A stretch of 64,000 nucleotides of DNA from Candidatus Poribacteria bacterium (lineage in GTDB: Bacteria > Poribacteria > WGA-4E > WGA-3G): contig JAPPBX010000117.1 of the NCBI GenBank assembly GCA_026702755.1, positions 28,578 through 92,577 of the forward strand, read 5' to 3'. The position numbers and the translations under genes were made by a program. Shown here piece after piece: positions 17,688-26,487 of this stretch (position 1 is its first letter; each line of letters opens with the position of its first letter). The notes beneath the pieces are model-generated. The model was not told the origin of the DNA. It worked only from the letters and a program-made list of their open reading frames with translations, and made no database searches.

Positions 17688-18881
17688 ATTTCGCTCCAAT
17701 CTAAACTCTCAGACAAATCCACCCGTTTTACCGAATCTGTCATCCGTGGCATGACGCAGCTCTGCCTGCGCTACGATGCGATCAACCTATCTCAAGGCAC
17801 GCCAGCGTATCAACCCCCTCCCGAAGTCAAAGCCGCAGCGATTCAAGCAATCCAGGAAGGATATAATCAATATAGCATCACGTGGGGAGCACCGACGTTT
17901 CGAGAAGCAATCGCGCAGAAGATGACGACGTTTAACGACATTCCCACCGATCCTGACAGGAACGTCACCGTCACCTGCGGTTCAACGGAGGGCATGCTCT
18001 CCTCGCTCCTTGCAGTTATCAATCCCGATGACGAGATTATCATCTTTGAACCCTTTTATGAGAACTACGGACCGGATACGATCATCTCTGGTGCGAAACC
18101 GGTCTATGTAGCATTGCAGGAAACACCGGTACCTGACGGCACTCTTCAATTTACTTATGACGCAACTGAACTCCGAGATGCTTTCTCTGCCAATACGAAA
18201 GCAATCATCATAAACACTCCGAATAATCCGCTCGGCAAGGTGTTTAGCCGAGACGAACTTCAACAGGTTGCTGACCTCTGCTGTGAGTATGACTCGCTCG
18301 CTATCACTGATGAAATATATGAGCACATGATTTACGATGGAAGACCGCATGTCAGTATCGGTGCTCTGCCGCAGATGCGGGACCGGACGATTACTGTGTC
18401 AGGATTAAGCAAAGCGTATTCAATGACTGGGTGGCGATTAGGTTATGTCGTCGCACCAGAGCTGCTAACCGATGCGATCCGAAAAATGCACGATTTCCTG
18501 ACAGTCGGGGCACCCCACCCACTTCAGCGCGCTGGCGTTGTTGCCCTCAATTTGCCACCGAGTTATCATCAAGAGCTGGTCGCGAAATATGATAAGAATC
18601 GCAAACGTCTCGTAAATGACCTCACAGAAGCCGGGTTTGTCTGCCATCAGCCGGAAGGTGCCTATTACATCATGACCGACATCACCGATTTTGGATTTCC
18701 GGACGATACGGTTTTTGCCCACTGGTTGGTGAAGGAGATTGGCGTAGGCGGCGTGCCGGGTTCCAGTTTCTACAGCCGTCCGCACTTCGGCAGGACGAAG
18801 TTTCGGTTTATGTTCAGCATGGCGGACGACATCCTCACTGAAGCCGCTGAACGATTGATGCAAATCAAAACGAAAATCTGA
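17688..18881 (+). CDS. PLP-dependent class I/II aminotransferase (YbdL/kynurenine-type); proposed ATT start
   Basis: AINLSQGTPAY, N-P-NNPLGKVF, and the SGLSKAYSMTGWRLGY Lys motif. The first ATG is 17751, but the in-frame upstream codons encode ISLQSKLSDKSTRFTESVIRG. This looks like the conserved N-terminus of this family as I recall it (E. coli YbdL ...PQSKLP...T.F..M). The only plausible start is ATT 17688, 8 nt after AGAGGG (17674-17679). An in-frame stop lies at 17664. Confidence 0.8.
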   Translation: MSLQSKLSDKSTRFTESVIRGMTQLCLRYDAINLSQGTPAYQPPPEVKAAAIQAIQEGYNQYSITWGAPTFREAIAQKMTTFNDIPTDPDRNVTVTCGSTEGMLSSLLAVINPDDEIIIFEPFYENYGPDTIISGAKPVYVALQETPVPDGTLQFTYDATELRDAFSANTKAIIINTPNNPLGKVFSRDELQQVADLCCEYDSLAITDEIYEHMIYDGRPHVSIGALPQMRDRTITVSGLSKAYSMTGWRLGYVVAPELLTDAIRKMHDFLTVGAPHPLQRAGVVALNLPPSYHQELVAKYDKNRKRLVNDLTEAGFVCHQPEGAYYIMTDITDFGFPDDTVFAHWLVKEIGVGGVPGSSFYSRPHFGRTKFRFMFSMADDILTEAAERLMQIKTKI

Positions 18882-18935
18882 TAAGAATAGTTTTCAGTTT
18901 TCAGTTTTCAGTTAAGAGGGTTTCTAGTCCCTGTG

Positions 18936-18956
18936 GGTGTGGTTTGTAACCGCACC
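18936..18956 (+). terminator. Terminator hairpin, palindrome family D
   Basis: ggtgtggtt-tgt-aaccgcacc followed by gattttgcggtttt, 55 nt after the aminotransferase stop. Confidence 0.55.
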
Positions 18957-19072
18957 GATTTTGCGGTTTTCGTTAGAACCAATCCGTAGTCCATAACGTA
19001 GTGGAGGACGGATTTGAGGGACGTACCTCAAAGTCAAAACGCACTTCATTACTCCGCAAGGTAAAATTAAAA

Positions 19073-19279
19073 ATGGACATTTCTCTTGAAAATGAAACCC
19101 AAGATATCTACAGAAGGGAAATTGAGGCACTTATTCAGCGCGACGAGAAGTATAGAGATTTAGGTCCCGCGGAACTTGAGGCGATTGTGCGTGCCTTTGA
19201 ATTGACTTTGACAAACGGACGTGAGAAGGTCCGAGCACAGATGCTTTATGACCTCATTCACCAAAAGAGAGACGATTGA
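19073..19279 (+). CDS. Small hypothetical protein (68 aa), translationally coupled to the downstream ATPase
   Basis: ATG 19073 (MDISLENETQDIYRREIEALIQRDEKYRDLGPAELEAIVRAF...). The stop at 19277-19279 is 1 nt before the ATG at 19281. The sequence looks helical and charged. I recognise no family. Confidence 0.45.
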   Translation: MDISLENETQDIYRREIEALIQRDEKYRDLGPAELEAIVRAFELTLTNGREKVRAQMLYDLIHQKRDD

Positions 19280-19280
19280 T

Positions 19281-21134
19281 ATGCAGTTAGAACGGATCCG
19301 GCTTAAGACTTTTGGCTGTTTCCAGCAGCGCGATTTTGAACTCCATAACGGCATTAATCTCATTTTTGGTCCCAATTTCAGTGGGAAAAGTACGCTTGTC
19401 AACGCCATCTTCTTCACACTGACAGGGAAACCGATTGTTCCGCGTGTGGATACCTCTGCCATTAAAAACGCCAAAGCCTATAGCGGTACAGCCGGACTTC
19501 AATTTCTCGTGGATGGTGTGCGTTACCAGCTCTACCGTGCTACCGGGAAGCGCATCCAACTCCGTTCTGAGAAAAACGGCGCGTGGCAGATCCTTTTTGA
19601 TGAGAAGCGAGTCAAGGTGACGGAGACCATGTTGCAGGAGCAATTCGGGATTATGCACGAGCAACTTGCCCTCACTACTTTCCTCCGCGAGGGAGAGATT
19701 TTTGAATTCCTCGCCCGCCAGACAGCGAGCCGTCGCGATATCCTTCACACCCTCCTCGGTATCGATAGGTTGATTGAGGTTCGGCAGCGGTTCATCGACA
19801 CGCGCCGTATCGCTAAGCGAGAACAGGGAAGGATCCATGCCCATCAAAATAGTCTGCGGTTCAATGCTAAGAACGCAAACGAAGCCGAGATCAAGCGGAT
19901 TGAAGCGAAGTTGAAAGATTTGGAAGCCGCTTACGGTGCTGAAACGGGTGATGCTGCACTGATCGCAGAGTGGCTACAGCACCAGAACCGCTTGCAAAAA
20001 CAATTGGATACGCTGACATACGAACAGCGCGAGGCATTGAGTGGTTTCGAGGGTGTCGTACATCTGCGGAAAATGATAGCCACAATTGAGGCTGCCGTTC
20101 AGGAAGCCGTCGGATTAGAAACAAAACGTGAGAAACTCATACAGCAAATTGGAAGTCATGAATCACAAATTATGGCGTTGACAAACGTCTGTGATACGCT
20201 CCGTACCTTGATTGAGAGTAACGACCAGCACTGTCCAACCTGCTATCAAAAGGTTGAGCAGGAAGTGGTGCAACAGATTATTGATGAAAAAGAGACTGAA
20301 AAATCGCAACGCCAAACTGAATTGGATGCCTACAAGCAATCTTTGGACACAGAAACCACAAATTTAGAGAGTCGGCGCGAACTTGAAGAACGGCTGCAAA
20401 CTTTGCTGAGACTTTTGACGCAATTTGAACAACGCTCTGGTGAAATTGAGGAGATTCAAAACGAACTCCGTACACTAACTTCTCGTTTGGCTGAGAGGGG
20501 CATCCAAAAAGGTGAACAATTGCCTTCTGAAGCATCTGCCGGTCTTGACAAACCGAAATTGAAAGCCCAAATTGATCAGGAACGGAAACGGCTGGATCAA
20601 CTCAAGCAACAAGAGGCTGTCCGCTTGGACAGACTTGGTGCGCTCCAGAGAGTAAATAGAGACGCAGCAAAGGTTGAAAAGACGCTCCTGAGTTTAGAAC
20701 TCGCCTGTGCAGGCGTTGACAAAACCATCGAAACCCTCCAACAACAGATCCTAAAGCCTGCCGAGGCGGAATTGCATCACTGGCTCGAAAGGATGCAGCT
20801 CTTCGGACAAACGCGCGTTGACTTGCAACGCCAACACCTACTCCCTTCACTTACAATAGATGGTGTCGATCGAAGTTTAATGTTGCTCAGCGGTAGCGAG
20901 AAGATGTTTCTCTATCTCTGCTTCAAAGTTGCACTCGCCAAGGTATTGGGTAATCCTGGTTTCTTCGTGTTCGACGATCCAACGCTCCATTTAGATGGTG
21001 AACGGAAGGCGTTGATGGTAGACTTTATCCGTCAACTCGCTGAAGAGCATCAGGTGGTCGTGACGAGTTATGATGAGGATGTCCGTTCGGGATTGGAGGG
21101 CGCGCATCTCATTGAGATGAGCAGAGAAGCATAG
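19281..21134 (+). CDS. Rad50/SbcC-like SMC-family ATPase with coiled coil and CxxC zinc hook
   Basis: I prefer the start MQLERIRLKTFGCF at 19281 (the typical AAA_23 N-terminus). Walker A GPNFSGKST. A long heptad-rich middle with CPTC at 20232-20243. Signature LSGSE. Walker B FFVFDDP. Confidence 0.8.
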   Translation: MQLERIRLKTFGCFQQRDFELHNGINLIFGPNFSGKSTLVNAIFFTLTGKPIVPRVDTSAIKNAKAYSGTAGLQFLVDGVRYQLYRATGKRIQLRSEKNGAWQILFDEKRVKVTETMLQEQFGIMHEQLALTTFLREGEIFEFLARQTASRRDILHTLLGIDRLIEVRQRFIDTRRIAKREQGRIHAHQNSLRFNAKNANEAEIKRIEAKLKDLEAAYGAETGDAALIAEWLQHQNRLQKQLDTLTYEQREALSGFEGVVHLRKMIATIEAAVQEAVGLETKREKLIQQIGSHESQIMALTNVCDTLRTLIESNDQHCPTCYQKVEQEVVQQIIDEKETEKSQRQTELDAYKQSLDTETTNLESRRELEERLQTLLRLLTQFEQRSGEIEEIQNELRTLTSRLAERGIQKGEQLPSEASAGLDKPKLKAQIDQERKRLDQLKQQEAVRLDRLGALQRVNRDAAKVEKTLLSLELACAGVDKTIETLQQQILKPAEAELHHWLERMQLFGQTRVDLQRQHLLPSLTIDGVDRSLMLLSGSEKMFLYLCFKVALAKVLGNPGFFVFDDPTLHLDGERKALMVDFIRQLAEEHQVVVTSYDEDVRSGLEGAHLIEMSREA

Positions 21135-21146
21135 AGAGATGGGATG

Positions 21147-21175
21147 TTGAATTTATTTTTTCAATTGGATACACT
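21147..21175 (+). promoter_or_regulatory. Sigma70-like promoter
   Basis: TTGAAT (21147-21152), 17-nt spacer, TACACT (21170-21175), upstream of the ATG at 21209. Confidence 0.45.
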
Positions 21176-21208
21176 TAATGCTATACCACTCCTACTGATG
21201 AGAGAGCA

Positions 21209-22816
21209 ATGAAAACGTTTGGAACCGAAGGTCCCGTGTCCCCAGAGAAAAACTACATTGTCAGCCGGACTGCTGAACTCACTGACTTTATTGATCGCAT
21301 CAAACAGGGAAAATACCTTGTTATTTTTGCACCGCGCCAAACTGGCAAGACTACATTTTTCCAATTCGCACTTGATATGCTTGTCGCCGAGGATTCAACT
21401 TATTTCCCTATCGAACTTAACTTTGAAGCGTATGTAGATGTAGATCCAGTCGATTTTTATAGAAACCTTGTTGAAGATATTCGTGAAGGGATGTTACACA
21501 ATTTTGAAAAATATGGAAGCCTGCCTACTGAAGCATTGGTGTCTTTTTTAGACACCGCAGAGATAACGGATCATCTGTCGATGCTAAGGTTTTTCCAACG
21601 TTTGGCGAGCTTGCTTGGTAATCAAAATTTTGTTGTTATCATTGACGAGTTTGATGCCATTCCCAAAACTGCTGTGAGAGGTTTCCTCCATTCGTTGCGC
21701 CGTATCTACCTCACCCGTAGTGCTCCGCAATGTCCACACAGCGTCGGCATTGTTGGTGTTAAGAGCATCGCCCAACTTGATTACGACCGCTCAGTATCCC
21801 CCTTCAATATTCATGACGAGTTTGCGGTGTCCAATTTCACCCTCGAACAGGTGCGTGAACTTCTTGGACAATATACAGACGAAGTTGGCCAAGCCTTCGC
21901 GCCTGAAGTCATCGAAAGTCTTCACAAACAGACAGGTGGACAGCCCTTTCTCGTCAACCGATGCGCCCAAATTCTCACAACAGAACTGGAAATTCCAAAG
22001 ACTGGACCGATTACAATGGAGCATTTCTCAAGCGCACATACGCGGCTCCTTCGGGAACAAAACCGCAATATTCAGCATTTGTTGACGAATATCCGCAGAA
22101 ACCCGCGTTTTGAGAAAATCCTGATGCAGATCACCTCTTACGATGAAGGCGTGGCTTTCAACTTGGACAATGAAGCCATCAGCAAACTCGTTACGTATGG
22201 CGTGATTGAGGAAGATACCGGTGGTGTGTGTAGGATTGTTAACCCAATCTATCAATTCCGTATTATGCAGGCATTCAAGCAACCCATTAACGGCTTAGAG
22301 CGGGACTACCTCCCGGAAGACACCCGTGCCGGCTTTCGCGATTACCTTACACCTGATGGACACATCCACATGCAATCCCTCCTTGACAACTTCAAGGATT
22401 TCATCGCCCGCGCAGGTTTCAGAATACTGCAAATTCCAGACACACCCCACGAGTATGTCGGGCAGTATCTCCTTTTTGCCTATCTCGACCAATTCGTTCG
22501 TCTCGTTGGCGGGAACATGTACCTTGAGGTCCCAACCGGGCGCGGCAGAATGGATCTGCTCATTCTCCACGATGCCCGCAAGTATGTGGTTGAAACGAAA
22601 ATTTGGGAGGGTGATCTGCTCTATGAGGCGGGTAAAGAGCAACTCGCGAAGTATCTCAGCATAGAAAATGCCGACGAAGGCTATTACGTGGTATTTGATC
22701 ATCGCAAAAATCCGGAACCCCGGGTAGAAACCGAAACAATACAAGATTTAACGATTCGGAGTTATGTCATTCCTGTCGTGCAAGCTCGTCCCTCCACTCC
22801 TACTGTCCATATTTAA
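21209..22816 (+). CDS. AAA-like ATPase (AAA_35/Arch_ATPase-like) with C-terminal PD-(D/E)XK nuclease-like module
   Basis: NYIVSRTAELTDFIDRIKQGKYLVIFAPRQTGKTT (Walker A), VVIIDEFD (Walker B). C-terminal GRGRMDLLILHDARKYVVETKIWEG fits D...ExK. Confidence 0.7.
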   Translation: MKTFGTEGPVSPEKNYIVSRTAELTDFIDRIKQGKYLVIFAPRQTGKTTFFQFALDMLVAEDSTYFPIELNFEAYVDVDPVDFYRNLVEDIREGMLHNFEKYGSLPTEALVSFLDTAEITDHLSMLRFFQRLASLLGNQNFVVIIDEFDAIPKTAVRGFLHSLRRIYLTRSAPQCPHSVGIVGVKSIAQLDYDRSVSPFNIHDEFAVSNFTLEQVRELLGQYTDEVGQAFAPEVIESLHKQTGGQPFLVNRCAQILTTELEIPKTGPITMEHFSSAHTRLLREQNRNIQHLLTNIRRNPRFEKILMQITSYDEGVAFNLDNEAISKLVTYGVIEEDTGGVCRIVNPIYQFRIMQAFKQPINGLERDYLPEDTRAGFRDYLTPDGHIHMQSLLDNFKDFIARAGFRILQIPDTPHEYVGQYLLFAYLDQFVRLVGGNMYLEVPTGRGRMDLLILHDARKYVVETKIWEGDLLYEAGKEQLAKYLSIENADEGYYVVFDHRKNPEPRVETETIQDLTIRSYVIPVVQARPSTPTVHI

Positions 22817-22903
22817 ACACAACCTACCAAACGTAAGTTCGACATAAAAATAGGGTGAGGTCTCTGTGCCTCGCCATTTTCTTTACGCTGAGGAAAGGGA
22901 TGC

Positions 22904-24289
22904 TTAAAATCGTTCAAGATAAATATCACCCTTGTCTTCTTGCATGTTGCTCCAGACGACAACCCATTCCCCGTTTCCAACGGATGCCACAAAAGGTGGG
23001 TAGTGTTTTCCCGTGCTTGTAGAGATGGGCACGCCGTTTTTTTCCCATAACAGAGTTCCTGATAGATCAATTTGCTGTCCGTAGATGGCATCTTTACTCT
23101 CTTCACCGAAGTCTTCCCGGTAATCTACCCATGCCACGGAAAATCGATCCTGCTCAGTCTGCACGATGAACGGTTTGTCTTGGTGACCGCCCGCTGTGCA
23201 GAGCGGAATGCCGTCCTCTTTCCAGACAGGGGTTCCGTCCGCACGGATACGCTGCGCGTACAGGTCAGAATAGATATCGCGTTCGTCGCGCCAAACGGTG
23301 ATAAAACCCCCTTCGCCGTCGTTCACAATTGAGGCGTGTTTTTGGATGCCCGGTGCAGTACAGATGGGAACACCAGTGTCCTGCCACAATTTACTGCCGT
23401 TAGGACTCATTCGCTGCGCGTAGAGTTGATCGTTGATGAAATTTTCGTACACCTGCCAAAGCACGATAATACCGCCTTCGCCATCGGCAATCACACGCGG
23501 TTCACCTTGCATCCCTTCTGTTGGGGAGACAAGGCGCGGACTCTCCCACAACGGTGTCGCGTCTAAACGCATCCGATACGCCATGATATGCCAGGCATCA
23601 TATCCGATAACATCCCACCAAACCACATAGAAGCCTCCCAACCCATCTGCAACCAGAATTGGCTCGCTTTGTAGAGATTCCGATGGAAAAACGGGGATTC
23701 CATCGGGTGCCCACATCGTTTCTCCTTTGGCATTAACCCGTTGGATGTAAAGGTCTTGGAATTCAGAACTTCGGCGTTCATCTTCCCAAATAAAGATGGC
23801 ACCGCCTTTACCATCGCTCAAGATCGCCTGTGTTGATTGGTCTGCGTTATTTGTGCAGATAGGAATCCCGTTTGTTTGCCACAGAATCTCACCGTCGAGC
23901 GTCACTGCTTGGGCGTAAATATCCCAGTTGCTTCTGACACGTCTATCGTTCCAGACGACAATCGCGTGCCTGTCGTGTCGAATCATCCGTAAGCGACGTT
24001 GATTTCTACCCGCTGTGCAAATTTTTATACCGTTCTGTTCCCAACGCGTTGTGTTCGTGGAGTCAACACGTTGGGCGTAAACATCCCAATCCTTACCAGT
24101 CCGATAATCCTCCCACATAACGATAACACCGTTTTCACCGTCGTCCACGACCCATGGAAGGAATTGTCCGTCTATAGCGGTTGAAACTGGAATTTCAGCC
24201 GACGTGGTCCTGCACAATAGGCAAGAACCTACGAGTAATAGGAATATTAAGAGGCGTTTCAGTCGATGAAAAGCGTTTTGGGTGTCCAT
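22904..24289 (-). CDS. Secreted beta-propeller-like repeat protein (about 8 repeats of about 52 aa)
   Basis: Signal peptide RLKRLLIFLLLVGSCLLCRTTSA. Repeats follow the pattern W..NG(I/V)P(I/L)C....Q....I..DG.GG.I.VW.D.R....D(L/I)YAQR(I/V)...G...W. The 5' end overlaps the sixA 3' end by 31 nt. Confidence 0.65.
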   Translation of the reverse strand: MDTQNAFHRLKRLLIFLLLVGSCLLCRTTSAEIPVSTAIDGQFLPWVVDDGENGVIVMWEDYRTGKDWDVYAQRVDSTNTTRWEQNGIKICTAGRNQRRLRMIRHDRHAIVVWNDRRVRSNWDIYAQAVTLDGEILWQTNGIPICTNNADQSTQAILSDGKGGAIFIWEDERRSSEFQDLYIQRVNAKGETMWAPDGIPVFPSESLQSEPILVADGLGGFYVVWWDVIGYDAWHIMAYRMRLDATPLWESPRLVSPTEGMQGEPRVIADGEGGIIVLWQVYENFINDQLYAQRMSPNGSKLWQDTGVPICTAPGIQKHASIVNDGEGGFITVWRDERDIYSDLYAQRIRADGTPVWKEDGIPLCTAGGHQDKPFIVQTEQDRFSVAWVDYREDFGEESKDAIYGQQIDLSGTLLWEKNGVPISTSTGKHYPPFVASVGNGEWVVVWSNMQEDKGDIYLERF

Positions 24290-24756
24290 AAGCTGATTAA
24301 GATTCCCTTTGTATACAGATTGAGTTCTTCCCAGCGTTCTATAGGGAGTTCAATGTGGGCGAGTGCTGCTGTCGGCATTCGTTCGATGAGTCCTGTCAGA
24401 TGGCCCACGAGCTGTTCCATTGTGGGGTTGTGTCCAACCACCATAACGCACTGATATTTGTTCGGAAGTGCTTGTAATGTTTCAAAGTAAACTCCCGGTA
24501 CAGTATCATAAAATACATCTAACTTTTCTACTTTTCCTATATAACCGGACGTTTTTGCGACTTTGCTCGCTGTTTTTCTTGCACGCTTTGCCGATGAAGT
24601 GAGGATCCGATCAGGAATTAATCCTTCTTGACGTAGGTGTTCGCCCATACGCGGCGCATCGCGTTTACCGCGTCTATTGAGAGGGCGGTCGTAATCGGAG
24701 AGTTCTGGGTAGTTCCAACTGGATTTGGCATGTCGCAGAATCAGAAGTGTTTTCAT
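24259..24756 (-). CDS. sixA: Histidine phosphatase family protein (SixA-like phosphohistidine phosphatase)
   Basis: MKTLLILRHAKS (RHG-type catalytic motif), RPLNRRGKRDA, and VVGHNP. Confidence 0.75.
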   Translation of the reverse strand: MKTLLILRHAKSSWNYPELSDYDRPLNRRGKRDAPRMGEHLRQEGLIPDRILTSSAKRARKTASKVAKTSGYIGKVEKLDVFYDTVPGVYFETLQALPNKYQCVMVVGHNPTMEQLVGHLTGLIERMPTAALAHIELPIERWEELNLYTKGILISLWTPKTLFID

Positions 24757-25000
24757 TTTTTAATTTTACCTTGCAGTTCAGGGATGTGGTTTGTATCCAC
24801 GCCTTCCGGTGAGTATCCAAAGAATTAAGGACTTTACGAGGCATTCCTCGTATTGTATCATAATTGGGACAGCATGTCAATTTTTGACTTGCATTCTCAA
24901 GGCTTTTGTGATATTATTTAATAAAATGTCTGTCAACGATTTTATGGAAATCTCCGTTATAGAGTCTAAATGTAATTTAAACTCTTAAGGAGATAGACAA

Positions 25001-25801
25001 ATGTTATCTAAAATTAACGGAATACTCATTACACTAATGTTCGCGATGCTGTTTGGCGGCATCAGTGGCTGTTACATTGACACTACTGACGATAGAGATG
25101 ATGAACCGCCCGCTATTCCGCGTGGTGTCAGAACGATCACAGGGGACGAACAGGTTACTGTTGAATGGTATCCTAACGGCGAATACGACTTGGCAGGCTA
25201 TAGAGTGTGGCGAGGTCCCGACGGCACGAATTTTAATGAAATGTTGATAGAGGCACCGCAAGGCACCACACGTTACACGGATACAACCGTGCGAAATGGA
25301 GTGACCTACTATTACGCTGTTTCCGCTTATGACATTCACGGAAACGAAAGTGATCTCAGCCCTGAAAATGCTTGGGATACACCACGACCGGAAGGACGAA
25401 ATATCGCGCTTGATGACTACAACCTTTTTCCTGAAAGAAGTGGTTTCGATTTCTCACAACCGCAAAAAGGGAGTATCCCGTGGGATGCCGCCGCAACCGA
25501 TATCTATTTTGGACTTGATATCGAAATCGGTGTCACCTATCTCTATTCCGATAATGAAACGCTCATGCAGGATTTAGGGTATCACGAACACTTTGATGAA
25601 GTTGATGTCGTTCCAGAAGTCGGGTACACGACGCTATTTGTTGAACTGCTCGAAGGACATATCTATGCTATCTATACACCCGATGGTAATTTCGCCAAGA
25701 TTCGGGTGCGCGAGCTTTATGACGATGCCGTCATTTTTGATTGGGCATACCAGACGGATCCTGAAAATGTCCAATTGGCTCCGTCTCTCAAGATCCCTTG
25801 A
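25001..25801 (+). CDS. Lipoprotein with fibronectin type III domain
   Basis: Lipobox LFGGISGC. FN3-like region PRGVRTITGDEQVTVEWYPNGEYDLAGYRVWRG...YYYAVSAYDIHGNES. Confidence 0.7.
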   Translation: MLSKINGILITLMFAMLFGGISGCYIDTTDDRDDEPPAIPRGVRTITGDEQVTVEWYPNGEYDLAGYRVWRGPDGTNFNEMLIEAPQGTTRYTDTTVRNGVTYYYAVSAYDIHGNESDLSPENAWDTPRPEGRNIALDDYNLFPERSGFDFSQPQKGSIPWDAAATDIYFGLDIEIGVTYLYSDNETLMQDLGYHEHFDEVDVVPEVGYTTLFVELLEGHIYAIYTPDGNFAKIRVRELYDDAVIFDWAYQTDPENVQLAPSLKIP

Positions 25802-25816
25802 TGAGGAGTGCACTTC

Positions 25817-26464
25817 ATGACAAACAGACTTGAGGCGGCACAGGTGTCGCCTCTATTATACATGCTTCTTACATTTCTGCTTGTTTTCATCATTGGCACT
25901 GTTTCGGTGAACGCTGAAACCAAAACCACTGATGAGAAATCTAAGCCTGAAAATCAAAGTACTCAACCGCTTCTGCGTAACTATTTGAATACGCCTGAAA
26001 CTGAATCGGAGTATCCACTGTTCCGGTCACACCCAGAGCGCTACTACCCTGCGCTTGATCTCCAGAAGGCAAGGCGGTTATCAATACTTATGCCGGGTTT
26101 GGGTCAAGCTTACGCCGGTAATTACACAAAAGCAACGCTTTTCCTTACCGTTGAATTGGGTACGTTTGCATTTGCTGGTTATAACATCGCGCGCGCCCTA
26201 CATTACAATAAGCAAGATATTTTTGAAACTGGATTTCAGGACATCCGGACAGGTGAGTTTTTAACATACGATCAGGGACGTACCCGAATGAAAAACCACG
26301 CATTTCTCAGTGGTGTTCTTCTCGCAACAGGCATCGGGATCCATATTTGGAATATTTTTGATGCCCCGAAGACTGCCGAAGCGTATAATAATCAAAGATT
26401 TTCCGTGCAAGTGCAACAAAGGAGTAGTGGTATCAGATCTCTAATCTTTACACATAGGTTTTAA
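25817..26464 (+). CDS. Membrane protein of unknown function
   Basis: GGAG lies 8 nt before the ATG at 25817. There is an N-terminal TM, and the PGLGQAYAGNYTKATLFLTVELGTFAFAGY segment resembles TM2/DUF5683-like proteins (weak). Confidence 0.5.
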   Translation: MTNRLEAAQVSPLLYMLLTFLLVFIIGTVSVNAETKTTDEKSKPENQSTQPLLRNYLNTPETESEYPLFRSHPERYYPALDLQKARRLSILMPGLGQAYAGNYTKATLFLTVELGTFAFAGYNIARALHYNKQDIFETGFQDIRTGEFLTYDQGRTRMKNHAFLSGVLLATGIGIHIWNIFDAPKTAEAYNNQRFSVQVQQRSSGIRSLIFTHRF

Positions 26465-26487
26465 CATCCGCACCTACCGGGTCTGGG

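Noticed and set aside
18888-18913. ttttcag heptamer tandem (x3), and the similar tttc(a/g)g(t/c) run at 54030-54060
   Set aside because: These are short low-complexity microsatellite-like runs in intergenic DNA. Nothing suggests function beyond possible slippage.
19221-19280. Track start of the SMC-like ORF at 19221. Similar over-extended starts occur at 2690, 14114, 15134, 25808 and 62230.
   Set aside because: Family-typical N-termini and RBS spacing support the internal starts (19281, 2789, 13910, 15320, 25817, 62272). The extensions overlap neighbouring genes or promoters.
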